Sequence record: KY555145.1
DNA length: 64,000 bases
Strand: one strand, 5' to 3'
Shown here piece by piece: positions 1 through 8,525 of this stretch (within the stretch, counting starts at the first letter, position 1; each line of letters starts with the position of its first letter). The position numbers were made by a program, and so were the translations under genes. The notes beneath the pieces are model-generated. The model worked only from the letters and a program-made list of their open reading frames with translations. It searched no databases and was not told where the DNA came from.

Positions 1-2
1 GG

Positions 3-779
3 GCTCTGGGCGAAGTTTTGTGGGACTACTATGACTTGCATTATTTCAAGCGCAAGCGGTCCGAGTGGAAGTACCAAAGATTTGCTTTGGTTTATCAACA
101 ACTTGCCGACGCGGCCTCGGACACCTCCATCGCGTCCAAGTTTCAGACCTACGATCACCTGCCCCACCTGGAGCCGAAGGTGCTCAAGGCCCGGCTTGAC
201 GCGGGTCACGCCGACGAGCGCAGGCGGCCGATTCCGGACCGCAAGGAGCACTTCCGGCGGGTGGTGGTCAGCGTCGACTCGGCCAACAAGCCCGGCGCCC
301 GCAACGACTACAGCGTCGCCCAGGTCTGGGGGGAGACCCACGCCCGCAAGCACTACCTGATCTACCAGGAGCGCAAGAAGGTCGACATCACCGGCCTGAC
401 CGAGATGATCGAGCGGGTGGCCAAGCGCTACGAGGTCGACGCCATCCTGGTCGAAGACAAGGGCAACGGCACCGCCTACATCCAGGCGCGGGGCCAGACC
501 GACAGCCAGCGGCGGCTCGCCCCGGCCCCGATCGAGGCGATCCAGGTCCCGAGCACCTATTCCAAGGAGTTCCGCTTCAACGAGATCGTCCCGATGATCG
601 AGGCCGGCGAGGTCTTCCTGCCGGGCAAGGCTCCGTGGCTCGACCTGCTGATCCGTGAAATCGGTCAGTTCCCCGAAGGCGCCCATGACGACCAAGTCGA
701 CGCCATGACGCAGTACCTCCGCTGGGCCAAGTCCAAGCGCACGCGGTTCGGGGCGCGCAAGGTCGGCTCGATGGGCTGA
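3..779 (+). CDS. terL: terminase large subunit, C-terminal RNase H-like nuclease domain (5' partial)
   Basis: Frame open from the window edge; motifs VSVDSA..DYSVAQVWG, LVEDKGNG, FPEGAHDDQVDAMTQ. Confidence 0.93.
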   Translation, partial: ALGEVLWDYYDLHYFKRKRSEWKYQRFALVYQQLADAASDTSIASKFQTYDHLPHLEPKVLKARLDAGHADERRRPIPDRKEHFRRVVVSVDSANKPGARNDYSVAQVWGETHARKHYLIYQERKKVDITGLTEMIERVAKRYEVDAILVEDKGNGTAYIQARGQTDSQRRLAPAPIEAIQVPSTYSKEFRFNEIVPMIEAGEVFLPGKAPWLDLLIREIGQFPEGAHDDQVDAMTQYLRWAKSKRTRFGARKVGSMG

Positions 780-851
780 CGAGGCCCGTTAACCACGTTT
801 GTTAACCTCCGCCGGGGCCTTAACCCTAACACGGCGAGGGTTAACAGGCCA

Positions 852-1005
852 GGGACCCTGGGGAATTAACCCTCCGGGGACCCTTGGAAATCGAAAGACG
901 GGGACCCTGGGCATTTTCCGCCTGGGGACCCTCCAAAATCCACCGTCGGGGACCCTGGGAAATTCATCTTCCGGGGACCCTGGGAAATTCAAAGCCGGGG
1001 ACCCT
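852..1005 (+). repeat. 7 x GGGACCCT at ~24-bp period
   Basis: Starts at 852, 877, 901, 925, 949, 974, 998. Confidence 0.9.
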
Positions 1006-1013
1006 GGCGAATC

Positions 1014-1217
1014 ATGGAGCCGACGATGGCCGGATTTCTCAACCTGATCCCGAACCTCGCGCCGTTCGCGCTCTGGGGCGTCCTGCTCTGGATCGCGGCC
1101 GAGGTCGTCTGGTCGATCAGCCTGTGGGTCTATGGCCTGCGGACCCTGTTCAAGCTGCACCGCGACGATGTGGCCGAGGCCCTGACCCTGGAGCGGGCTC
1201 TGGCACCGTTCGACTGA
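1014..1217 (+). CDS. small membrane protein
   Basis: 67 aa, hydrophobic LAPFALWGVLLWIAAEVVWSISLW. Confidence 0.7.
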   Translation: MEPTMAGFLNLIPNLAPFALWGVLLWIAAEVVWSISLWVYGLRTLFKLHRDDVAEALTLERALAPFD

Positions 1218-1286
1218 CCCAAGTCACAGACTGTAGGTTTCATGACAAGGTGAGATATTTCACAACGATTTCAAGGGCTTATTGCC

Positions 1287-1523
1287 ATGTCGCTCCGCAC
1301 GTTCTTCCACGATCTGGCCGTCCGCTTCGTCGTTTTGGGGTGGATTTTTGCCCAAAAACCCCGAAAAACCCCTCCAAAAGGGCATAATTTTCAGCCCCAT
1401 CCGCCGGCCCAGGCCCGAGACCCGGACGACATCCTGATCTGGTCGATCTCACTCGCGGCGGCGGCCGTCTGGTTCGCGCTCACAGTCAGGCCGATTCGTC
1501 AAGCCATCTCGACCACCGCCTGA
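1287..1523 (+). CDS. small membrane protein
   Basis: 78 aa, two hydrophobic stretches; IWSISL shared with previous ORF (VWSISL). Confidence 0.6.
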   Translation: MSLRTFFHDLAVRFVVLGWIFAQKPRKTPPKGHNFQPHPPAQARDPDDILIWSISLAAAAVWFALTVRPIRQAISTTA

Positions 1524-1596
1524 CCTAAGTCATAGACCGTGGGCTTCGTGACAGGATCACGCTTTCGTTACCGCTCCAGCCCTTGTGAGGCCTCGG

Positions 1597-1701
1597 ATGT
1601 TCGCCTTTCTCCGCCGGCTCAGCCTCGCCGCCGTCCATGGCGCGCTCTGGGCGATCCTGCTGGCGATGGTCGCCGTGGGCGGCCCGCGCCGCGCGCCCTA
1701 A
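1597..1701 (+). CDS. 34-aa hydrophobic peptide
   Basis: MFAFLRRLSLAAVHGALWAILLAMVAVGGPRRAP; GAGG upstream. Confidence 0.55.
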   Translation: MFAFLRRLSLAAVHGALWAILLAMVAVGGPRRAP

Positions 1702-1783
1702 AGCGCCATATCTGACGCATAAGGCCCTCTAAGGCCTCATCTGTGAGACATTCAACGCCCTCGTGTTCCTCTGAACGCGGGGG

Positions 1784-1895
1784 CGTTTTGACGTCGGCGC
1801 GTTTTCGACTTGACGCGCGAGCGTTTTGACGCGGGCGCATTTTTGATTCGACGCGCGAGCGTTTTGACGTCCGCGCATTTTTCAACTTGACGTCG
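1784..1895 (+). repeat. 3 x 38-bp imperfect tandem repeat with TTGACG motifs and T-tracts
   Basis: CGTTTTGACG units at 1784, 1822, 1860. Confidence 0.85.
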
Positions 1896-1920
1896 TTTCA
1901 TTTACCGGGAGCGCCTTAGG

Positions 1921-2110
1921 GTTAACGCCGGCCGCCGAGCCCTGGGGCGATTTACCACCGCAGCGTTAACCTAACGCCTGTTAACCTATCGGTTGTTAAG
2001 GTTAACGCCCCGTTAGGGTTAACGCCCCGTTAGGGTTAACGCCCCTTAACCCTGCGCCCGTTAAGGTTAACGCGCCCCGGCCCCGGCCCAGGCCGCCGGC
2101 GTTAACCTTA
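1921..2110. repeat. GTTAAC-rich cluster with 17-bp repeats (CtrA half/full sites)
   Basis: GTTAACGCCCC at 2001, 2018, 2035; many more TTAAC. Confidence 0.8.
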
Positions 2111-2232
2111 ACCGCCAGACCCCCGCGCCCAGGCCATACCCGGTAGGGCCTGACGGCCCTACCGGGTATGACTCCGCCCCGGCCGGGGCCAGGGACTCGC
2201 GCGGCGAGCCCGGCGCTGATTTGCGCCCCGCG

Positions 2233-2262
2233 TTTACGGTTTGTTAACGTCTGGCCTCTAGG
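2233..2262 (+). promoter_or_regulatory. early promoter with CtrA-type box
   Basis: TTTA-CGGTTTG-TTAA followed by CTCTAGGG. Confidence 0.7.
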
Positions 2263-2311
2263 GTCGCCCTTGTCCCGGCGCGATCCCGCGCCATGCAAGG
2301 AGCCGCCCGCC

Positions 2312-2497
2312 ATGATCCCCGACTCGATCATGAACCCCCGCGACCATTTCCACCGCCTGCGCGAGGAAACCGCCCGCGCTCTGGTCGAGGCCTTCGCCGA
2401 AACCGACCCCGGCGAGGATTACCGCGCCGAAGAGAAGGCCGGCGCGTGGGTTGTCGCCTATTACGACGAGTCCGGCGCTTTCGTCGCCTATCTCTAG
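2312..2497 (+). CDS. hypothetical early protein
   Basis: AAGGAG RBS, 61 aa acidic. Confidence 0.7.
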   Translation: MIPDSIMNPRDHFHRLREETARALVEAFAETDPGEDYRAEEKAGAWVVAYYDESGAFVAYL

Positions 2498-2520
2498 CCG
2501 CCTTCGCCCCTGGCGCCGCG

Positions 2521-2552
2521 TTAACGGTTTGTTAACATGTTGGCGCCAGGGT
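2521..2552 (+). promoter_or_regulatory. early promoter with CtrA box
   Basis: TTAA-CGGTTTG-TTAA. Confidence 0.75.
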
Positions 2553-2595
2553 CGCCCTTGCCCGGCGCCGCCGCGCGCCTTCGGAGAAAAGCCCC

Positions 2596-3399
2596 ATGCT
2601 CTACACCCCCGCCGCTCGCCGCCTTCGCGCCTATCGCGAAACCGCCGCGAAGAACGCCGAAATTCACGCCCGCCCGCATATGGCCGGCAACGTCGCCGGC
2701 TATAACGAATCGGTTTGGCCGACGACGGCGCTAGGCGTCGCCGCCAAGGCCGGCGCCTTCAAGCGCCCCGAAACCGCCGGCAACTGGTCGGAAGATCGCA
2801 AGGCCTATCACGCCCCCGCGTGGCCGGCCGGCTGGCGCGTGCTGGGCACGGCCGAAGAGGTCTGCCGCAAGGAAGGATCGCGCCGGGTGGAACATTCGGG
2901 ATGGTACACGACGCCCGACGACTACAGCGCCACCCTTTCGGGCTATGTGCTGCAAATCCCCGCCCGCGACGGGGTCGCCCAATACGTCGCCGGGGTCGCC
3001 CATAGCGAGTTTGACAGGGTCACCGTCTACCCCTCGCGCCGTTTCGACAACCCGCTAGACGCGGCGAGCGCCGCCGACCAAATCGCCGAACGCGACGCCG
3101 AAGAGGAACGCGAATATCAAAGCGCGTGGCAAGCGGGCGTGCGCTTCGCCGAACTGGGCGCCGAGGTCAAGGAGGCCCGCGCCGAAGCCCTGGCGATCCT
3201 TGGCGAGCGCCGCAAGGTCAAGGGGCTGGAAACCCCCGCCTTGTGCGGCGCGATCCGGGCGCAAGTCGAGTCCTTGCTGGAGAAGATCGAAGAGGCCCGC
3301 GCCAAGCGCGACGCCCTGGCGCAAGGCAATGACCCCGGCCTCATGTTCTACCCCTCGCCGCGTCTGGTCGCGGCGTTCAATGAGGGGGCCGCGTCGTGA
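2596..3399 (+). CDS. hypothetical early protein
   Basis: 267 aa, GGAG RBS, typical codon bias. Confidence 0.8.
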   Translation: MLYTPAARRLRAYRETAAKNAEIHARPHMAGNVAGYNESVWPTTALGVAAKAGAFKRPETAGNWSEDRKAYHAPAWPAGWRVLGTAEEVCRKEGSRRVEHSGWYTTPDDYSATLSGYVLQIPARDGVAQYVAGVAHSEFDRVTVYPSRRFDNPLDAASAADQIAERDAEEEREYQSAWQAGVRFAELGAEVKEARAEALAILGERRKVKGLETPALCGAIRAQVESLLEKIEEARAKRDALAQGNDPGLMFYPSPRLVAAFNEGAAS

Positions 3400-3605
3400 G
3401 GGTCGCCCGCGATAGCTTCGCCGTGTTCTGGTCGCGTCCTGGCCAGAAATGGGGGTTTCACGCCGACATGAAACGGGCGCTTTACCCGACCCCCAAAGCC
3501 GCCGCCGACGCCTTCCGCGTCATGTTCCCGCGTGACGTGGTTCGGAGCGTCCGCGACGCTTCCGGCCGCTTCCTCGCCTTCAAGGAGTCCGCCCCGTGCG
3601 CCTGA
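3396..3605 (+). CDS. hypothetical protein
   Basis: GTGA overlap with upstream stop. Confidence 0.65.
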   Translation: MRVARDSFAVFWSRPGQKWGFHADMKRALYPTPKAAADAFRVMFPRDVVRSVRDASGRFLAFKESAPCA

Positions 3606-3877
3606 TCAGCTACAACGTCAACGGAACCGGTTTCAAGGGCGGCTCTGCCCCGCCCGCCCCATGCCCTGGCCTCGCCGGTCACGCCGACGACGCGGGGCTA
3701 TGGGTTCCCGACCGTGAGACGGTCGCCGCGCTTCTCCCCCGGCGCTGGCGCCACGCCTTCGCCCGCGCGGCGTTTTGGTATGACGCCCGCGACAACAAAA
3801 AGCCTTGCCGCGCCGACCTCTACGACGCGCGCGGCCGGTACCTGACTCAGGTCTGGGCGCATCCGGTTTTCGCCTGA
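3596..3877 (+). CDS. hypothetical protein
   Basis: AAGGAG RBS; terminator follows. Confidence 0.7.
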   Translation: MRLISYNVNGTGFKGGSAPPAPCPGLAGHADDAGLWVPDRETVAALLPRRWRHAFARAAFWYDARDNKKPCRADLYDARGRYLTQVWAHPVFA

Positions 3878-3883
3878 CCAGAC

Positions 3884-3909
3884 GCCCCGGAAAATCTTCC
3901 GGGGCATTT
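3884..3909 (+). terminator. intrinsic terminator
   Basis: GCCCCGG/CCGGGGC stem then ATTT. Confidence 0.55.
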
Positions 3910-3937
3910 ACCTTTTGTTAAGGAATGGCCTCTAGGT
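3907..3937 (+). promoter_or_regulatory. early promoter with CtrA-type box
   Basis: TTTA-CCTTTTG-TTAA ... CTCTAGGT. Confidence 0.7.
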
Positions 3938-3986
3938 TAGCCCTTGCCGCCGGGCAATCCCGCCCGCCGCTTCGGAGTTTCGGCCC

Positions 3987-4505
3987 ATGCCTCAATTCGT
4001 TCTGGACACGTCGGGCCAAGTCGCCCCGCCCGCTTCGGCCAAGCTTTGGCCCTATCCCCTCGCTTGGGATCAACTGAGCCCCTTCGCGCAAGGCTATATC
4101 GAGGCCCTGTTTTTCACCGAATCGTCGCTGGCCTATAATCGCGCCGAATGGTTCGGCGCCGAGTGTCAAGAGGCCTTGGAGGAAGGCACGTCGGGCGGGA
4201 ACATTCCGGGCGACGTCGGGTTTTCCGACCTCGCGCCCGACACCCTCAACCGCATCTTGAACGATTGCGCCCGCTTCCAACGCGAGCACGCCGACACCCT
4301 GGCCAAGGCCTATAACCACGGGGGCGACGCGGGCGACTATGACGAAACCGCCGCCGGCCGTGATTACTGGTACACCCGCAACGGCCATGGCGTCGGGTTC
4401 TGGGATCGCGGCCTAGGCGAGATTGGCGAGGCCCTGGCCAGCGCCGCCCGCTACAGCGAACAAAACGCCTCTTTTGAAGAGGACGGAAAAGTCTACCTCT
4501 CTTAA
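3987..4505 (+). CDS. conserved phage protein of unknown function
   Basis: Motif GRDYWYTRNGHGVGFWDR, recalled from many phage hypotheticals. Confidence 0.8.
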   Translation: MPQFVLDTSGQVAPPASAKLWPYPLAWDQLSPFAQGYIEALFFTESSLAYNRAEWFGAECQEALEEGTSGGNIPGDVGFSDLAPDTLNRILNDCARFQREHADTLAKAYNHGGDAGDYDETAAGRDYWYTRNGHGVGFWDRGLGEIGEALASAARYSEQNASFEEDGKVYLS

Positions 4506-4532
4506 CCTTTTGTTAAGACTTGTCCTCTAGGT
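4502..4532 (+). promoter_or_regulatory. early promoter with CtrA box
   Basis: TTAA-CCTTTTG-TTAA ... CTCTAGGT. Confidence 0.75.
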
Positions 4533-4588
4533 TTGACTTCGCCGCCGGGCAATCCCGCCCGGCGGTCCTCTTCTCAGGATCGCCCCTT

Positions 4589-5641
4589 ATGACCTCTCAT
4601 TCCATGGTTGCGCACCGTTGGGCGCAGGACGACGAGAACGGCCGCACCGCGCGCGGCTTCAACATGTATTTCGAGCGCTACGGACGCGGCGCCGACCGCG
4701 TCAACGTGATTTTTTCCTACGGGACTCACTTCCCGGCCGCCGCCTTCGTGACCGACGCGCACGGCCGCCGCGTGGTCCTCTACACGACGCGCCGCCGGAG
4801 CGTTTCGACCGCGAAACACCTTTCGCATATCCGCTACGCTATCCCGTCGGGCGTGCCGGTGTTTTCCGTGCCGAACGTGTCGCGGATGCACAAGCCGGGC
4901 GGCGCGGGCGACTTCCACGGGGACAACCTGCGCGCCTATATCGAGAGCGCCGCCGGCCTCGCCGAAAAGGCCAAGCGCGCCCGCGTCAACGGCCCTTGGC
5001 TGCTTAGCCAAGCCCGCGACCAACTCGCCGAAGCGCAACGCTACGCCGACGCCTTCAAGGTCAAGGGCTTCAAGGTCCCGGCCTTGGAAGACGTCGCCGG
5101 CCAATGGGCGAAGATGACGGCCGCCAAGGCGCGGGCCGAAGCCAAGGCCCGCAAGGAAGCCGAAAAGCGCGCCCGCGAAGCCCGCGAAGCCGAACGGCTC
5201 GCCGACGCCGAAGCCTTCGCCGCGTGGATGCGCGGCGAGCGCCAGAGCGCCCCGTTTAGCTACCGGGTGCGCGATGACGGGACCGTCTATCTTCGCCGCT
5301 TCCGGGGCGTGGTCCGCGACCTGCGCAGCCAAGAGCGCGACGGCTCGCGCGTCGATGAACTGCAAACCTCGCAAGGCGCGGCCGTGCCGTGGGAACACGC
5401 GGTCAAGGCCTTCCGGTTCATCAAGCTTTGCCGCGAACGCGGCGAGAGCTTCCACCGCAACGGCCGGGTGATTCGCGTCGGACACTTCCAAGTTGACGCG
5501 ATCAGCCCGAACGGGGACATGACGGCCGGTTGCCACCGGTTCGCGTGGGATGAAATCGAACGCATCGCCAGGGCCGAAGGGGTTTTCGACCTCCCCGCCG
5601 ACGCTGGCGCCGTCGAAACCCGGCAAGCCGAACCGGCCTAA
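4589..5641 (+). CDS. hypothetical early protein
   Basis: 350 aa, AGGA RBS; ATG at 4589 preferred to the upstream TTG. Confidence 0.8.
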   Translation: MTSHSMVAHRWAQDDENGRTARGFNMYFERYGRGADRVNVIFSYGTHFPAAAFVTDAHGRRVVLYTTRRRSVSTAKHLSHIRYAIPSGVPVFSVPNVSRMHKPGGAGDFHGDNLRAYIESAAGLAEKAKRARVNGPWLLSQARDQLAEAQRYADAFKVKGFKVPALEDVAGQWAKMTAAKARAEAKARKEAEKRAREAREAERLADAEAFAAWMRGERQSAPFSYRVRDDGTVYLRRFRGVVRDLRSQERDGSRVDELQTSQGAAVPWEHAVKAFRFIKLCRERGESFHRNGRVIRVGHFQVDAISPNGDMTAGCHRFAWDEIERIARAEGVFDLPADAGAVETRQAEPA

Positions 5642-5660
5642 GCCTCCCCGCCCCTCTCGC

Positions 5661-5686
5661 GCCCCGGCTCCCCGCCGGGGCGTTTT
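5661..5686 (+). terminator. intrinsic terminator
   Basis: GCCCCGGC/GCCGGGGC then GTTTT. Confidence 0.7.
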
Positions 5687-5696
5687 CGTGTACGCG

Positions 5697-5728
5697 GTAA
5701 CCTTTTGTTAACTTCTGGCTTCTAGGGT
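5697..5728 (+). promoter_or_regulatory. early promoter with CtrA-type box
   Basis: GTAA-CCTTTTG-TTAA ... TTCTAGGG. Confidence 0.7.
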
Positions 5729-5776
5729 GACTTTCGCCGCCGGGCAATCCCGCCCGCCGGCCAAGGATCGCAGACT

Positions 5777-6076
5777 ATGAATCTTTTCGTTGTCGCCATT
5801 GACCCCGCCCTCATCCCTTCGGCCGCCGGCTTCGTGGTCGCCTCCCCCTACGGGTGCGGCAAGTGGCGCGCGTGCGTCGGGAGCGAGGCGGACATGATCG
5901 CGCTTCGCGACAAGATGCGCCGCGCGCACCCGGCCCCGGAAGGCTACAGCGTCCAGCCCCTGGCGTCGTTCCTGGCCTATCTGGAGACGGTCGGGCAAAG
6001 CCCCTACGACCAGTTTCGCGCCCGCGACGCCGCCGCCCGCATCCTTGACACCCTGACAACGCACCTCGCCGCCTAG
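5777..6076 (+). CDS. hypothetical protein
   Basis: AAGGA RBS, 99 aa. Confidence 0.75.
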   Translation: MNLFVVAIDPALIPSAAGFVVASPYGCGKWRACVGSEADMIALRDKMRRAHPAPEGYSVQPLASFLAYLETVGQSPYDQFRARDAAARILDTLTTHLAA

Positions 6077-6083
6077 TCCCGCC

Positions 6084-6112
6084 GCCCCCGGCCGCGCGCC
6101 GGGGGCGCTTTT
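6084..6112 (+). terminator. intrinsic terminator
   Basis: GCCCCCGGC/GCCGGGGGC then TTTT. Confidence 0.65.
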
Positions 6113-6133
6113 CCCTCGAAAGGATCGCCGACC

Positions 6134-6442
6134 ATGACAACCCGTCTTATCGCCGTGCGCGGCCCGACCGCCGCCGAACTCGCCGACCCGTCCAGCCGCG
6201 CGGGCGGCGCCGAAGTCGTTTTCGAGCGGCGCGACCGCGAAGGCCGCACGCGCCTTGTGTTCGCCGCGACCTGCTACGGCTCATATCAGCAATGGGGCGA
6301 AACCCGCGACGTGCTCGCCGACAACGTCGAGGCGGTCACGCTCTGGGCCGAAGGCATGGCGGCCGTTGCCGCCCTCATCGACGAGAGCGACGACGACGAG
6401 GGCGACGACGCCCCGGCCGAAGATGACGACGGGGAGGCGTGA
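6134..6442 (+). CDS. hypothetical protein with acidic tail
   Basis: AAGGA RBS, 102 aa. Confidence 0.75.
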   Translation: MTTRLIAVRGPTAAELADPSSRAGGAEVVFERRDREGRTRLVFAATCYGSYQQWGETRDVLADNVEAVTLWAEGMAAVAALIDESDDDEGDDAPAEDDDGEA

Positions 6443-6445
6443 GCC

Positions 6446-6865
6446 ATGCGCACAACCAAGGCTCAACGCTTCGCCGCCATCGCCTTTGACGCCCTGGCCA
6501 AGGCCCTAAGCGAGCCGCGCCAAGCCGTCGCCCGCGTGACCAAATGGGAGGGCGCGGGCCATAGCTTCGCCAACCTGCAACGCGATTATGAGCGGTACGG
6601 CCCCGGCGCCCGCTCATGGTTCGGCCGGGCTGAAATGCGCTTCTTTGGGACGCGCCTAGAGGCCGCGCCGCTGGATTTCCCGGCGCTGGGCTGCACCCTC
6701 TTTCTGACCTCCGAAACCCCGCCCGGCGCCGGCCGGGTCTGGACCCTTCGCGCCTATGTCTGGGCTTCGGCCGATATCACCACGCTAACCCATGGCGACG
6801 AAACCGACGCGGCGACCGCGCAAGCGGCCTTTGACCTGCTTTGGCGGGTCCTTTCGCAGCGGTAA
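6446..6865 (+). CDS. hypothetical protein
   Basis: GGAGG RBS; SWFGRAEMRFFGTRL. Confidence 0.75.
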   Translation: MRTTKAQRFAAIAFDALAKALSEPRQAVARVTKWEGAGHSFANLQRDYERYGPGARSWFGRAEMRFFGTRLEAAPLDFPALGCTLFLTSETPPGAGRVWTLRAYVWASADITTLTHGDETDAATAQAAFDLLWRVLSQR

Positions 6866-6893
6866 CCTTTTGTTAACTTCTGCCCGCTAGGGT
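6862..6893 (+). promoter_or_regulatory. early promoter with CtrA-type box
   Basis: GTAA-CCTTTTG-TTAA ... CGCTAGGG. Confidence 0.7.
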
Positions 6894-6941
6894 CTTCTTG
6901 CGGCCGGGCAATCCCGCCCGGCCGCTCAAGGATTGGATCGC

Positions 6942-7214
6942 ATGACCCGCGCTCAAGCCCTCGCCGACATGAACGCCCTTCCCGGTATCATCGCCTCCTT
7001 TGAGCGCGAGACGGGTGAATATCGCGTCACCCTGCGCTTTGGCCTGCTCCCCATGGGGCGCGGCGCCCAAGAGTGGATGCACGCGCGCCGCGAAGCCGTC
7101 GCCAGCTACAGCGACGACAAGGCCGACGCCCTGGCCACCGCCCGCGACATGTCCGCCCGCTGGGAGGCGATGAGCGCCGAAGAGCGTTCGCGCCTCTATC
7201 ACAACCCCGCCTAA
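6942..7214 (+). CDS. hypothetical protein
   Basis: 90 aa after promoter and hairpin. Confidence 0.7.
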   Translation: MTRAQALADMNALPGIIASFERETGEYRVTLRFGLLPMGRGAQEWMHARREAVASYSDDKADALATARDMSARWEAMSAEERSRLYHNPA

Positions 7215-7279
7215 AGCCCCCGCGCCGCCCTGGCCTTCGCCGGGGCGGCTCCCTCAACCCCTCGCAAGGATCGCACCCC

Positions 7280-7564
7280 ATGACCGCCCGTAAGCCCCTG
7301 ACCAAGGAACAAAAGGCCCGCCGCCGCGCGACCCGTCGCGCCGCCCGCCTCAACTGGTCGGATGAGCGCCGCGCCCGCGAATTCGAGCGTCAAGCCCGCT
7401 TCTTCCTGATGATCGCCACCCGCGCCCAAGGCGCCGGCCAAGGCCGGGAAGCCGCCCGCCTCGCCACGGCCGCACAACGCAAGGTGACTAGCTGGCGCAT
7501 GGCGCAAGCCTGCGCCCGAATTAACGCCCTGGCCGCGCATCCTTGGGCGGGGGTCGCCGCCTGA
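7280..7564 (+). CDS. basic hypothetical protein (copy 1)
   Basis: MTARKPLTKEQKARRR; duplicated at 9825. Confidence 0.75.
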   Translation: MTARKPLTKEQKARRRATRRAARLNWSDERRAREFERQARFFLMIATRAQGAGQGREAARLATAAQRKVTSWRMAQACARINALAAHPWAGVAA

Positions 7565-7746
7565 TGGCCCGCCGCGTCCGCTACATGCCGTCCGAAGCTC
7601 TGGACCTCGCCGACGCGCTCGGCGAGGGGCTGGACCTCGTCAAGGCGATGAGCGAGGCCCGCCGCGCGGGCGCGCCGATCGCCGACACCCTCGCCGCCCT
7701 CGAAGACTGGGCTTTAACCGCCGTCAACCTCATCGAAGAGGACTAA
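7564..7746 (+). CDS. hypothetical protein (copy 1)
   Basis: TGATG coupling; duplicated at 10109. Confidence 0.75.
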   Translation: MARRVRYMPSEALDLADALGEGLDLVKAMSEARRAGAPIADTLAALEDWALTAVNLIEED

Positions 7747-7751
7747 ACCCG

Positions 7752-7934
7752 ATGACGCACCCTCACGCCCTGGCGCTGATCGCCCTCGCGGAAAAGGTGT
7801 TGCCGCTTACCCGGCTGCACCCGCTGGACCAACGCGCCGCCGCCGTCGATCTAATCGGCGACCTCTACGCCCTCGCCGACTCCATCGACGCCGACCCGCA
7901 ACCCGCCGCCTTGGCGCAACCGAAGGCCGCCTAA
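7752..7934 (+). CDS. hypothetical protein (copy 1)
   Basis: GAGGA RBS; duplicated at 10297. Confidence 0.75.
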   Translation: MTHPHALALIALAEKVLPLTRLHPLDQRAAAVDLIGDLYALADSIDADPQPAALAQPKAA

Positions 7935-7937
7935 GCC

Positions 7938-8522
7938 ATGACCGCACGCCCGACCCCCGCCGCCCTTCTCGCCGCGTCCGACACCCTGGCGAATTATCTT
8001 CGCGGTTCCGCCTCGCATCGCGCCTATCCGGCGCCGGTTCTCGCCGCCCTCGAAGTGCTCGAAGATGAGGGCGCAACCGGCGCCTTTGAGCGAGGCGACC
8101 CGGACTCCGAGCCGACCCCCGGCGCCCTGAAGCTCCTAGCCGGCATGGTTTCGGCCGCCGCGTCCAATGAGGCCGAAATCATCGCCGCGAACCTGACCAA
8201 ATCGGCGACACTGGCCGAAGCCGTGGCCAGTTATGACGCGATGAGCGATCTTGCCGCATGGCTGGAATACCAAGGCGAGGACGCCGCCGCCGACGAAATG
8301 CGCGGCTATTATCTCCCTCTGGAGGGCGAAGTGAACGCCGCCCGCGCGACGGGGGAAGCCCTCGCCGCCGCGATCAAGCCCGACCCGGACGCCATGTCAC
8401 GTCTAACGCAATCGCTCGCCGAATTCGTCGGACCCTCGCGCGCCCTGCAAATCGTTGGCGAACTCCCCGCCGCCCTCAATGACGCGGACCTGATTCTAGT
8501 CCGCAAGCCCAAGGAGGCTTAG
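7938..8522 (+). CDS. hypothetical protein, variable slot allele 1
   Basis: 194 aa, coupled. Confidence 0.75.
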   Translation: MTARPTPAALLAASDTLANYLRGSASHRAYPAPVLAALEVLEDEGATGAFERGDPDSEPTPGALKLLAGMVSAAASNEAEIIAANLTKSATLAEAVASYDAMSDLAAWLEYQGEDAAADEMRGYYLPLEGEVNAARATGEALAAAIKPDPDAMSRLTQSLAEFVGPSRALQIVGELPAALNDADLILVRKPKEA

Positions 8523-8525
8523 ACC

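Noticed and set aside
3-779. Intein in terminase
   Set aside because: No C-terminal HN-C/S/T splice junction or LAGLIDADG motif in the part present.
852-1005. Possible CRISPR array
   Set aside because: Repeat core is only 8-9 bp with ~16-bp similar spacers; no cas genes.
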